A stretch of 64,000 nucleotides of DNA from Tubiluchus corallicola (lineage: Eukaryota > Animalia > Priapulida): NCBI GenBank assembly GCA_030141605.1, contig JAQGDQ010000568.1, forward strand, positions 75,143-139,142, read 5' to 3'. The translations under genes were made by a program, and so were the position numbers. Each line of letters opens with the position of its first letter. The stretch's first letter is position 1. Under the pieces are notes generated by a model. It made no database searches, was not told the DNA's origin, and saw only the letters and a program-made list of their open reading frames with translations. Shown one piece after another: positions 1 through 14,158 of this stretch.

Positions 1-1569
1 AAGTTTAAATTCACAAGTTTCATATAGAGTTACTGGTTTGCAATAATACAGCATGTAGGTAATATAAAATTTAACAACGTTTTTAGCTTTGTGTAACTAA
101 AGGATTTTCTTGTGCTTTAAACTTTGATTAACAAGATTGAAGGAAGCATGTTAAAGTGGTTACTGTTTGCTGCACTCAGTGCACTGGCATAAAGGTTATG
201 ATGATCAAAATATATTCATCACTGCATGTTCACTTAGACTGGAAAATTGTCTTAGACAATTGTCTAGATTCTGGTACCGTAATAACCAGCAGAATTTGCC
301 ATTATGGGATAGATCGAGGTTTGCAAAGTTTTGAGACTACTCGAGTTGTAAAAAAGTAAAAATCAAAACTGTTTTGTTCCCTACTTCACCACCAGGGTTT
401 AATGGCCATTTGGTATTTTCATTTTTCCAACACAAAATTTGTTTTATAATAACTGCTGATATTCCAGTAGTTTCAAGCTTGTCGTACAAGATTGCCAAAG
501 TAACGCAAGATATTTCCACAAGAAATGAAAATGATGGCCATATTGGAATCTAAAATGAATGTCATCATATACAGACTGAACCATATATTTTTAGAGAGAG
601 AGAGGTATAGCAAAGGAAAATATACATTAACGTTTTTGTATTTTATGTGTGTCTGTTAATATTGTTAATATGTTAATATTGTTAATATGTTAATATTGTT
701 AATATTTTGTATATATTGCTTTTATGTTTTAACTGATCGAATATTCATGGAAAATGATCGCCATTTTTGAATCCCAATATGACCACAGAAGGAAAATTTA
801 TCAACAAGGAGTTTCCCTTTCGTAACATCAGCAATAATTTCAAAAAATGTACTCGCAAATGTACATTAATCCCACTTGTCAAAAATCCCTTTAGTAAAAA
901 AACAGAAGCATGTGCGAAAATTGAAAAGTGAGGAGGAGGATGCTGATGAGCAGCAGCTTTCACAGTCACTGTGGTGCTACTCAGCTGGACAAATACCATT
1001 CAGCCCAGAAGCATCTCACATGAATTGCAGTAAGATGAAAATGATGCTGGCTGCCTTAACTCACAAAGTTAAAAGACGGTATGTGTTTTACCACCAAGTT
1101 CATAATCTAAAACTGTTTGTGGCGTGCTATCATTATAGGATCGTCAAAAGTGTTCATACGCATTCTGATACGTTTATAGTGCATACTTACAATTTAATGT
1201 GTATAATAAAATTGCATAATTAATACTTCGAAGTAGTTTAGCTATTATTATTGGTAATTTTAACTTCAAAGTAGTTTAGTTGTTATTACTGTGTAGTGGG
1301 TATACATTAGACAAAAATATGATCGAAAATCGGGCGTTGAAAGCAAAGCTAGTTGCTGGCACTGGAGACATGACATTGATAATTAGCATATATATTTGGT
1401 CAAACTCAATAAGCCGGCAGCTTTGACATATTTTACGAATGGTTTCATTCATTAAAAGAGTGAAGGCGCTACTGTATTTTACCAACAAAACCGTAATCTT
1501 AAACTGTTTGTAGTGTGCTGTCACTATTTTCACTTGTTATTCCACGCAGTAGGTTTGTTTTAAAACGGA

Positions 1570-1966
1570 AGTAAAGGGAGTTTTAAAGTATTTTAGCATT
1601 GTGCTTAGTTGTTTGAAAAACTTATGTAATTGAAAAAGTAATGTAATAATGTAATAATTTAAAATAATTTAAAATATTCACTTCGGCACTGTATTGCCAT
1701 CCCAGTGTGCACCACTGATTCACCATAACGTACATTATTAACTTTGATTTGAAGCCGTGATTATTTTTTCCAAATTTTATACAATGTTATTTAAACTTGT
1801 TCCAAACGACTTAGCGTCAAAATGGCCGCGCCTAACGGTTATCGTGGGAATTTAAATTTACAAGTTTTATACAAAGTTAACCTCTGTATACAAGAAGACA
1901 GCATGTAAGTGACACAAGATTTCACGACGAATTTTTATTTATGAAGGGTGTTTTCTTGTGCTTTAA
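1570..1966 (+). mobile_element. Kolobok-like MITE, partial or short-form copy. Other partial copies: 1-120, 9407-9610, 18180-18630, 22820-23232, 28746-29070, 29194-29500, 41990-42219, 57060-57350
   Basis: Shares the family motifs cccagtgtgcaccactgattcacc, aaaatggccgcgcctaacggttatcg and tttaaatttacaag, and ends in TTTTCTTGTGCT|TTAA. Confidence 0.7.
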
Positions 1967-3999
1967 ATGCTAGTTTTATTGCAAAAAATAGTCAAAGAAT
2001 TTTCTTTCTTGTGGTAATCACTCTATGTTCTCTGTTGCGTTTCGATTTTGAGCTATTTGCATTATACTATAAAACGTAAAATGTTTCCAAATCAAGAAAC
2101 AAAACACGTAGGTTGGAAAAAAATTTTGCAGGCTTCTTTGGGCATTATGCAAAATGCATTTTGCAATCATCACACTTAGACTTCGGTAACACCATCTGCG
2201 TACAAGATTGATTGGCTGCAATTTGCACTGGAGAAAGAACGAACCTGGTGATTTAGTCGTGCATAATCGCCAGCAATCATTCACCAGTGTAAGACGTCGC
2301 CTGAAATGGGATGCGGAGTTGTGCATACATTGGAGAAGAGATTGATAACCATAACGATCAAGCAGTTGCATGAGCGATCAGCTGGTTGCATGAGCTGAAT
2401 TGTATTCAACACGTAATTATTGGGCATAAATCAGTCGTGTTAGTAAAATAGGTAGTCGTGTTTTTCTTGAATTTCGCTAATTAAAGTGCTGTTTATTGTA
2501 CACGTTGCGTGGTGAAAATCCCTGTTAGCAGAGGGCGTAGCTAGCGTCTGAGTGCAGTCAACCGTAACCCCTTAGCCACTAAAACCGGTTTCTTCTATAA
2601 TCTGCTGACGAAATAACTACCTTGGTTTTTCACTTTTCTGTTGTATTAAATTCAGCAATAGTTTGCAGTGTCAGTGCAACACAGACTTTTATTTGTGTAG
2701 AAAAACATGTTTCAATTACATTTTCAACTAGTCCGTGATTGAACATGGTCAACAAAATGTAGAGAATGTGCTACAATAGGCGAACGGTGTTTTGTAGCAA
2801 CACGACTCGAATTCGCTTTTTAGCGACTTTTTGAATAACCGAGCGATTACGAATGATTAATAAACTTTTTTGGCTTTGTGTAACGACTGCCGATGTCACG
2901 TGTTTGCATTGTGCATTATAATTTCATGTGGTAAATGGAATTTCCGGAAAAAAACGCTTTTCGTATGCACAGCTAAAAGCAATGAAGTATAAAGATAGCT
3001 AACCAAAGATGCATGTTGCAGATTTTTCTAATACGCTAGGGAACAATTATTCTTTTTTGGGAGAAAATTGCGTTCAGAAGCTCAAAAAATGTAGCAATAT
3101 CAAAGCAAAACATTATAGTTATTCTGTAAAATATGATAGTAAATTGCTGCGGTGTGCAGCGTACCGTGGGGTGACCACTCCGGATCGCCAGGAGACGCTA
3201 CATTCGCGCGAGTCTGATAACTTCCTATCATTTGAACGATTCCCCGCATGCGGCTGAGTGGATCGCGCCGCGTGAGCAGAGTGGCTGCTTCCTTCTGATT
3301 TTTCCTTTCAAGTCAAAAATTCGATTCGATTCGAATTCGCTTTTTGATAGAGAATGCCCACCCGTAATCAAAAGGGTTTATAATTTATGCTATCTGTCAC
3401 TCTGCACCTTAATATTTTAAAATTTAAAATCACACAGCAAACAAGCCTTCGTCGACAAAAACGTTTTCACTAGACGTTAGTAACATCGTTAGGAAAAATG
3501 AATGCAAAACGAATAATAAATTTCAAATAAATTTATAGACGTCTCTTATAGAATTAATTTACTGAAGGATCGTTAGTTTATCGTTTCTTCCATTTACAGA
3601 TTTTTATTGATACAGATACTGTTTTCATGAAGAATTTGTTGAACTGGATGGTTAAATTTTTGCAAACTTGTTAAATTTTCTAAAAAAAACATTCATCAAA
3701 AACGCCAGGTGGCGTAGAAAACCAATCTTTCATAATTACCTAAGAAAAACAGTGTCAACTCAGTGATTGAATCCAATTAAAAATTTCTGTAGGTATGATT
3801 GGTATTGTATTACAAACATCGTCGCGCCCTCCCGTGGTAACAAGCTTATTCCTTTTGTGCATGCATGCAGAGACACGATCGTGTTGCACCATTATTTCAT
3901 TATAGATGTAGGGTAAAAGTTAGATTTCTTACACAACTGAACTAGGCTAAGCGGAGTTATTTTTGTCTCACCGTACTGAGAAGTAGCAGTGACGGCAAT

Positions 4000-4190
4000 A
4001 GTCATGATAATGACGACAAGAAAATAATGACCAGAATGATTATGATACTGTTGATGACGACAATGGACTTAAAGATGAGGAGGATCAACTGGTACTAATG
4101 ATTATGGTGACAACAACAACGACGTTGATAATGTTGGTGGTGAAGATAATGATGATTATGACGATGACGACGACGATGGTGATGATGTTG

Positions 4191-4221
<31 letters not shown>

Positions 4222-4345
4222 CATAATGATGATGATGATGATGATGACGATGATGATGATGATCATGCTGTTTATAATGAAGGAGATGATAACAGTGACA
4301 TTGATAATGATACGATGATGGCAGCAATGATGATGATGACAACAG
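4000..4345. repeat. Degenerate (GAT)n microsatellite
   Basis: Direct inspection. Confidence 0.85.
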
Positions 4346-5569
4346 TAATGACTACGGAAACTAGTGAAAGAATCAATAACCTATGGCAGTTAGAGGTTTG
4401 AATGCTGTCTATTATTTTCGGCAAGTCTGTCATTCACATCGCCATGATAAGTTTATTTTAGTGAAACCCCATAACCAAGGTAAGCATAGTTGAAAGTTAA
4501 TTGGCAGGTGTTTTGTCTAATGAAATCAACGATACTGTTTGCTCAGCAACAGAGAAGATAATGAAGTCACAGTAACAATAACAATGGTAACAATTCAGGT
4601 AAACAAGGCCTCCCTTGTCATCTCTATTGGAAGCTTTGCAATTGAAGCTGTTTATCGGTGTGTGATGATAGAACCGCGCCGCGTCTAAACACACAACCCT
4701 CTTAGACTTACCACACATCAAACTTCGCCGCTGTTTGCCCAATGTTGCTCACAAAAACAAACAATTTGCCAAAAATCACGTTCCCCACCGTCCGAACATG
4801 GCGATGTCAATAGCGGGGTGTCCTAGATATAAAGCGCCGCCGGAAATCTACTGTTTGCCCATCCACTATTTAGAGGAGAGCAAGATTTGGCTATTGTGAT
4901 ACATTATTGGCCGTTCGTTCGTTTGTCCTCCGTAAAACAAACTGTGTACACATTGTCGCTATTCAGAACAATATTTGTTGGATTATGTACTTTTTACTTT
5001 TGCTTTGATTTGAAAGGTGTGGATTGGATTGATTATAACGTAGGCATGTGATTAGCACGATGGTGATAATTAAAGCAACAAGCATACCCTTATCCGTCTG
5101 TGTTTGCCAAACAGCTATGGAATAGTCATGCCACTAAAGTAAACAGTTTTTGATTGAGTTTATTAAAGCTCAATTGCCTGACGAATGTTATGATTACACA
5201 TTTATCATCAGTGTTTGACTATGATTGCTTTTATCGCATGTGATTTCTATTGTAAATGAAGCAATGCAAATTTTCCTGGTTAAATTCGCAAGGTTGCGGC
5301 TAATTAACGTGACTTCAAGTGGCAAAAACGTCTGGTCAATAACGGTCAAATTCAACACACTTAAACATTTTTAATTAACATTTGAATAAGAAATGTCGAG
5401 CTATAACTGCTGCGTTAAGAGCAGTTGCGTTATTCTTTTGAGGTTCAGTGACGAACAACAAATCCAAGCCAAATTGAAGTAATATGAAATTCACATAATA
5501 CTTTCTTTTTACGCTTGGCAAGCAAAGGCTCAATAAATAACTAATGACAATTTTTTAAGTCTCCACTAT

Positions 5570-5846
<277 letters not shown>

Positions 5847-8585
5847 TTGTCAAAATTATTGTTAAGATTCCTATTATTATAGTTCCTTCTATTATGACGC
5901 GTTCAGACGTAGAGACTTCTCAATTTGCGAGAGAAGTTGCCAAGCCGTTCACACGTGCAACTTTGCACTCAGAGAGAAATTGCGTGGCAAGTTACGAGAG
6001 AAGCTTGCAATAAGTTTGCAAGAATGCAATAAGGGCTCATAATTTTGTATTCACAAAGAACATGTTGCTTTGTTTGTATACTTTCTCCACTATCTTGAGG
6101 ACTTACGTGGCTCCATCTTCCGATCTATACACGAAGATTATGGGCTGATAAACGCATCCTTATCGAGACAAATTGTGCTTTTCTACTATATTTTAGTATA
6201 TTTTTCAACAAGATGAAGCAAGAACCCACACTCGCAGAACAAATGACCTAAACCTTCTAACAGCCCTGATCTAAATAGTGTGGAGTAAGACGATCTTTTG
6301 CTTCAGTGGGTTAAATGCAAAGAATTCCCACCTCATCACATAATTATATTACTAATTACTAAGCAGTTTGTAATAAGAAGCTGTGATGCAGTTCTTTTGG
6401 TTGATTTGGGAGGATCAATTTGCCACCTTATTGAAACGTAAAATTACCTACATTCTTTTCACAGTTATGTCCAAGCTCTACATGTTTATAGCTACGAAAT
6501 CCAACCTAAAAATTGCGCATTTTTAAAACATTTTATGCCGTTTTAGTTTTTATCCTGAAGCCCCTGCAGAGTGAAATTTATTGTTAGTTTTTGCAGATTT
6601 GCAGTACAATTATCTTTAAAGTGTTCCAGAATGACCCAAAAATAATTTTTTTGTAAAACTTTTGCTGAGATGAAATGGGAGAGCTGTTAGTAACAAAATA
6701 TTTTGTCTTGTCTGATGACTAATGACTTTTATTAAGTGAAAACGCTGTGATTGGTATTCCCTTGCATAAAGTAGTACCCACAGACTTAAACGCATTAATT
6801 TCCATTAAAGCAAAACCGGGCCCAATCTTAAACTGTAGGTCAAAACAATGTACTCTTTAAACTCTTGAAAGGAAACGTATTATTTTTTTTCAAAAATGAC
6901 TTAAGTGAAAGAATTATTACCACATAAACACAATTTCCCGTTCGCGCCACTAGTTCTCCGCATTTCGCCATTCGCTAGTTAGACGGGCACTAGCGCCTGC
7001 GTTTCGGAAACGCATTGCACAAAAAACAGTGCTGTACCTCTCAGTTCAGATGTGTGTTTTTTGATAAACTACACATGTTCGACAGCTCATGCGTGAGCAC
7101 AGCGGTAAGTTTGAAATTTGAAATTTTATCTTAAAACTTGCCTAGTTTTAGTACAACACACTGAATATCCTACAGTAGCACTGTACTTCAATTTTAGCTT
7201 TCGGAAACACGTGCAACACACTAGTGGAATATTTGTGCTGTTGAAAATTATGTTAGTTTGTGATGTCGTCAATAGTTGGGCCCGCCCGGCGTTAATTAAG
7301 CTTTTAATCTATTATTTAATTATCAGAAACTCTTTTCCAGTATCAATCGTGTTAAAATGTATGCTTTTTATCGGACTTGAAAATGGGGCAGTATGTAAAA
7401 AAATCATCCTGTCTTCCTTTAAATAATTTCTCTTTGTTTTCTTGATATAATCTTATAGGACATTGTTATTGCAAGTTAATTCTGCCGTTCTCAGCTTTGC
7501 GTATGCAACAAGGTACCCACAAGGAAGTTCCATAATGAACCCAGAAAGCAAAGCAAAGTTTATGAGAACATAATGTACAAACCACAGTAATTAGCCTTAA
7601 GCCGGTGTAATGCCCACTAGCTGTATTATCATAATGTATACCTCGTTTGAAAACACTTTCTTTCAATCGTATCCAAGCAGTAGCATGAAACCAAGCCGTT
7701 GTTTAGAGGTGCATGGTGAGAGTGAATTCAGCATAGGGAAGCTAAAGTCAATACCTCTGCTGGTGGTAGCGCAAACCCGCTCCCAAACTCTAATCAAAGG
7801 CTTACCATCGCCGTTGTCCCCGCCCGGGCGGTGGGCAACTTCCAACTTTTGAATTCGCGCCGCACAAAAGCTCTTTGTTGTTCGCGAAATTTCCGATCCT
7901 TTGTGAAAAGGTGTGGTATGGGTATCATCAAAGGTGGCAGCACCAGACTGGAATCTACAGAAACGTCAATTTTTTCTTGTTCCTAAAGATTCCCAGTCTT
8001 GCCTATCCAAAATAGTTTTAAAGCAAAAGTGAATGCAGTTCCTTAGATGCAAGCCAGTTTCATGAAACTTTATTGAAAAATGAAGGCAACAGTCAATTGA
8101 TGATAAACCAATTACTCCCCAGTTTTTAATGTATCAGTCCGCCCTTCTATGTATTAGTCCGCCACTCATTGTCTTGTATTTTGCAGGTATCATTCCAAAG
8201 CGTGAGAGTTACACAGATTGATGCAGTCGATGAGCATTATACCTTTGTTTGCTTGTTTTATACGCAAGAACAAGAGTAATTCTTGTATACCATTACAAGA
8301 GGCTGACCGCCGGTCAGTTCTGCGGCTAGCTCACCGGGGCGTCCACGTTCGCACGCGGCTTGAAGGGTTGATAACGCTCCATAAACTCTAAAAGCCGTTA
8401 ATGATGATTATGATGACTTTGTCTTCATCTTCTCATTACTAGCTTATGATGAGAGCGATGCTTAGGAGGTGTTGGCTGCTGGTGTTTATGGAATTAGCAG
8501 AGATTTGGCGGTTTGATTCGAAGCGCTCCAAGCGGTGGATTAAGACAAAATCTTCATTAAATGTTTTACGGAAGAATTGATACTA

Positions 8586-8980
8586 TCTATATATATATAT
8601 ATATATATATATAATAATCTTTATTTGCCATTAAAAACATTGATAATCACTGATAAAAACTTTACAGAGATAATCAATCAGTGTTAGTTAATAAAAACTT
8701 ACACTGCTGAAGGCAAATGCGTCAGTGCAATCTAAACTACTGTGCAGTAATGACGAATAAAATCAAACATATTTACAACCATATACAAAAAAATAAAAAA
8801 CAAACAAACTATGATTTAATTAATATGGCCGTGGGTATATGAATTCTGAATTAGTGTGTATGTTGTCGTACTGGTGTGATGGCATTTCATATCTGGTTAA
8901 TATTAGTGATTTTAATTTTGTTTTAAATGCTGATAGGGACTTGATTTGTTTAACCTGTAATGGTAGAGAATTCCAAAGTA
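8586..8980 (-). mobile_element. 5'-truncated LINE 3' end (CR1/L2-like)
   Basis: LWNSLPLQVKQIKSLSAFKTKLK ORF2 end, 3' UTR, AATAAA and (TA)n tail. Confidence 0.65.
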
Positions 8981-9719
8981 GAATCTACTAATGTACTTCA
9001 ATGTACTATTTCATGCGAAGATTAAAGTTATAACAAGTGTCACGTATAACAGTGTAGATGTTATAATCGATATAACAAATTAGTATTTCTAATTTCATAC
9101 GTTTTATTGAATGTTAACACTGAACACTGACAATTGACAGTTGATGCATTGGGTAAATCATGATGATCAACGTCATATGCCATCTAACTTACTAATTTTA
9201 CGAAATGAAATTACTAATTGATTTCAAAAGACAAAACCATTAAACCATTTTGTTTTAGCATTAAGCGCCCAAACAAGCAGGGAGATCTTTGACTCGCTGA
9301 AATTACCATGTAATGCGCAAGCCAATGGCAATAGCTGCAACTAACAGAGTTTTTAATTTCAAAAGATAAAATAAATGTGAAAAAGGACAGACGTGCCTGA
9401 GTCAATTAAAGGGGACGAAAAGGGAATCTTGAAAAATGTCCCAAAGAACTATCCATATAAAGTTATATTACTTAGCGCCATTCTTACCAGTTTGCAAGAC
9501 GAATTTTGGAAAAGAAAATTCTTAGTAATTTAAGGTATTCGCGCCATCTCGTAAAAACGGCACTCCATCACCTTCCCAGTGTGCACCACTGAATCACCAA
9601 ATAACCCATCATTGATATTATTGATAGTATGGAGTAACAAATAAACATACTTTTACTTTTTTAACTACAAATGTTCTGATTATTTACGGTCATCACCAGA
9701 AAATATAAAGCACTGATAA

Positions 9720-10552
9720 AGATTTGTTGCCAAGAAAAAATGGAATTCAATCTTCTGGATTACGGCATCTAGAATTTCTTTAAAAAGGAAGTGTACCGTA
9801 CCCATACAGAGCCGTTTGATGCAGAGTAACTAAAAGCCAGAATTGTAGAGTGGCAACACCAAATATTCCATCATCATCATCTAATGAATCATGCGTCCAG
9901 GGACATGATTCTCTTCTTCTCCGTGTGCAGGCCTCTCTACTAGCTGCAATGCCCCCTAGTGCATTTATCTCTAAGGATCAATGCTGAAGTGTTTAAATAT
10001 TTCTGTGCAAAATGTAAATATGTTAAAAATGTGTCCACCTGCAGGTTTTTTAGCCGGTTTTATGGCTTGTTGAAGCGCCATCTTTACTGGATTGTCACCA
10101 GATAGTATAAGAGTATGCCCAACCCATCTTTTCAACGGTGTCTTTTCATTTTAATTTGCTTTTAATGCCCAGAACTTAAAGTTATACAGAAATACAGTTT
10201 CAACTAAAGCTGAGAATATTCAAATTTTTGTTTCCAACCAAAGAAGTAAAAAACTGTGTACGCTATTGGAAGAAATGTCTTCATCTAATTTGGAGTGAAA
10301 ATGGTGGACACATAGAACACTTGTAGTATATTTTAGCAATAGTGACAAAGTTTTTTCCCGGAATTTATTCTTTTTGCATTTTGTTTTAAAACTTCTGCAT
10401 TTTTAGCAAAATCTAAGGGAATGACAAAAAAATTTTGGTGTTTACACAGAAGTATCTGTAAGAATTGTGTGGTAATTTTCAAATGATTCCGTTATTTTCT
10501 TCTCATAATATCGTTGTCAAACTCCAGTGCGTTTTTTGTACCACCCGATACA
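9720..10552 (+). mobile_element. Tc1/mariner fossil related to 54792-55386, interrupted by an antisense LINE fragment (about 9865-10245)
   Basis: Shares agagccgtttgatgcagag and aatggtggacacatagaacac blocks and the right TIR. The insert has a (GAT)n tail and RWVGHTL remnant on the minus strand. Confidence 0.55.
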
Positions 10553-11190
10553 CAGATTTATCCGTACGAAGGGGCGGGTAAGTTAACCATTCGCAAAGTT
10601 TAGGGATTCCGAGACTCACTAATAACAAGGCTGAGATTTGTTAAATTAATGAATTAGCCACATTATATGGCAGGCATATAGAAAAGATGATAAAAAATCT
10701 AACTTTTCGATATACAAAACTTTCTTGTCGGATATGGGAAGCAACTTGTAAGTTTTCAGTTGCGATATCTTTGATAGGACGCTCACAGAGAGCGGCACTC
10801 CCATCTGGCGAGCAATGTTCAAAGTTTTGACAAAGTAGAGCCGCTCAAAGGTGCAAACAAAATCGCAAAAGTTAACCAAAATAAAACGGATTACTGCTGG
10901 TTGCTTGAGCAGAAATAAGCGCTTAAAAGGTGTATTACAATGTTTTCAGACTGTCAAAAACAGCTAAAAGTCAAGCTGTGTGAATAAAATCACCTGGGAA
11001 AGATGGCGGACAATGAACTAAGATAAGCTAATGCCTTCTTGCTAGCCGGAAGGTCTCAATCAATAGAGGTTCATGACATATGTGCTGTTTTGTGACTGTC
11101 TGGTAAACTACAAACTTTTTACAGATTAAGATTTTAGCTATTGTTCTGAAATAAGCTCTATATCTCTGCCTTATAAAATTTCAGCTTTAA

Positions 11191-11822
11191 AGCACAAGAA
11201 AACCCTTCACTTACATAAAGCTAAAAAATTCGTCTCAAAATTTTATACCACTTACATACTGCTGTATAAAACGTGTAAATTTAAACTCCAGTGATGACCT
11301 TTAGATACAGCCATTTTGACGATAAGTCATTTGAAGCAACTTTAGATAACATTAAGTAAAGTTTGAAAAAATAATCAGAACATTCGTAGCCTACATGTTG
11401 CTAATTAAGTAAAAGTTTAAATTACTGTATCTTGTCAATAAAATTAAAAATACGTTTTTGGTTAGTGAGTGGCGCACCCTGGAAGGTGAGTCAGCGACAT
11501 ATTACCAATTGGCACAAACATTTTAAATTATTAGTCTAGTTACATAAATCTTTCCAGCAGGTAAGTGAAATGCTAAGTAATATAGATTTGCATGGAAAGT
11601 TTTTTAGTCATATTTTAACATTGCCTTTTCTTCCCCTTTTTTACGTGGCGTAATGACGTCATGTAATGGCGCCGTCGGAACAGTATTGCGGGAGATTTAA
11701 AATGAAAACAAACGAAAATTCCTTTTAGCGCGAATACAATATATGCATAAAATTGCTATAAAACAATATAATTTTAAGGCGATTTTTGTGAAACTTATTT
11801 CAGGTGCCCCTTTTCTTGTCCT
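11191..11822 (-). mobile_element. Non-autonomous TTAA-targeting DNA transposon (Kolobok-like MITE), full-length copy
   Basis: TTAA|AGCACAAGAAAA...TTTTCTTGTCCT|TTAA, with terminal inverted repeats and TTAA duplication. Multicopy in the window. Confidence 0.8.
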
Positions 11823-13877
11823 TTAACTACCTGATGACTAATATAAAATGAAAACAATAACGTCTGTAACTTTTTTTGTGCAGACAGTAGTGCAAAAAAC
11901 ACTACTAAAGTTCAGCAGTAAAGTTCAGTAAAGGGTGCAAAAATATATAAAGAAATTATGCAAACACTGAAAACTCATATTGATATTGCCAGAATTTTAA
12001 AATTCAAAAGGTATTTCTAATGAAAAAAACGAAAAACGAAACTAAACGCTTTGCTGCTCTTAGCCTTAAATTTAATACTCTGGCTTGGACAATAAAATTT
12101 TGCATAATAAACGTAAAATGAGTTAATATTTCTAGACCTTTTAATCACAGGTATTGGCTGAGCATGCCCTGATTGAGCTAGCACCACATAGCAAAAAATG
12201 TTAAATAGGTCGGGGGATTACTCTGTTAGCTAAAACAATTCGTTTATCTTAATGAATAATTGTTATTTGTTAAGATGTTATTATTCAGTTTATCATTCGA
12301 GTTCAGGTAATCGAAATAAAAATAATTGTAATTGTACTGCGACAGTCAAAAAAAATTCTGAGCTCCTATGATGACGTACTCCACATGTTTCCGTGTGAAC
12401 ACTATGCCAAATAACATGAGTTGGTGCTGGCTGTTTAATTAGCTGTAGTGACGTCGTAACTAGTAATGATGTCACTTTGTTGTTGCATCATCATCATCCA
12501 ATGAATCATACTGTTCACCTCCCCAGGACTCCCACTCCCTGCAATGCCCCAGGTGCATTTATTTCTAAAGGCAGAACTATGCCAAAGACGAGGTAACATG
12601 TTGATGAAGAAAACGTCTACAAAGTGTGTCAGCTAATAAAAAACACAGCAAAACACGCCAACCCGACTTGTTTACTGTGTCGTTTACATGGAACCATGTG
12701 CTACGTCATCATAGGCTTCTACGTCATCATAAGCATCACGTACAATTATTTATATTTCTGCTATTAGTAATCCAACGATAAAAGCAGCAAGATCATCTGG
12801 TTTTTTAAGTAGTCATTTTGTTACGCTAAACAAATTGTACTTAATTTTAGCACCTGCTTAGGTGGTTTTTGAGGTATAATCACTTTTAGCACTTCCTATT
12901 TTAACTATCAGCATTAAGGGTTTTGAATGCAACACAAGACTCATGCCCAGACGAAATAACCATGAACAACATATGGCAGTGTCAATAACAAAGTAGTCAA
13001 CAATAAGTTAAGCAACGCCAAGGTTGATAAATGAGTGCATGTTGACCGTTTTCAATACCTGCTTTAACATTGAAAAATGGTAGCGATAAATCTGCTGTTT
13101 CTCACCAGGTGCCAGTCTCGCCACAAACATGGACATTGTGTAGGCCTTGCTGTTGAATGCTGGATAATGACATGTAAAATTAAGCCAAAAACAATTTTTG
13201 TTCAAACTCATTCAACAGCAATCATATTGTGATTATTGGCATAATTGGCATATTGATTATTGGTATAGCAATATAACTACTGGAATAAGAACTATATTAT
13301 AGCTGTAACAATAATGATAGTTCTGAATTGTATTATTGTATTTTATATTTTGCATTTTTTATATTTATTTACATTTTTTATTTATTTGGTACACTCGACC
13401 TTAACGTAAAGGAACCTATGGCTCATTGTAGCTATCGAGTTTAAATATTGATCCTATCTTATCTTAATATAAACTTTATTTATTTTAAGTGAATTGACGT
13501 ACAGTAACATTACTGATTGGAGTTTTTCCACTTTGCAACAGATACATTTTAGTTGAGAATAGATATATACAGCTGGTTATCAAGAATATAAAACTATGTA
13601 ACTTTACATAGATAGTTAGATCCAAAACACAAGTAATTCATTAGTTGATACTTAAAATTGAAATATACAAAACCCACAGAAGGCAAAAGCAACACCAGAA
13701 ACAATTATCATTGTGCATCATTCCATTAGTTATACAAAACTATTATTGCTCAATATCTGGAATTGTACGTGTAATACTGTAATTGTATATTGAATTATAA
13801 TCTGAATTATTTTGAATTTTGGGCTTTTGAATTAAACAATTCAATATACAATTACACGTACAATATAGTAAAATTTA

Positions 13878-14158
13878 TTATATTATATTATATTATATTA
13901 TGTTATATTATATTATATTATATTATATTATATTATATTATATTATATTATATTATATTATATTATATTATATTATATTATATTATATTATATTACATTA
14001 CATTACATTACATTACATTACATTACATTACATTACATTACATTACATTACATTACATTACATTACATTACATTACATTACATTACATTACATTACATTA
14101 CATTACATTACATTACATTATATTATATTATATTATATTATATTATATTATATTATAT
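13878..14158. repeat. (ATATT)n-(ACATT)n-(ATATT)n pentanucleotide microsatellite
   Basis: Direct inspection. Confidence 0.95.

Noticed and set aside
745-1223. ORFs near the window start as exons
   Set aside because: No recognisable homology or consistent splice framework. I found no supportable protein-coding gene in 1-19400.
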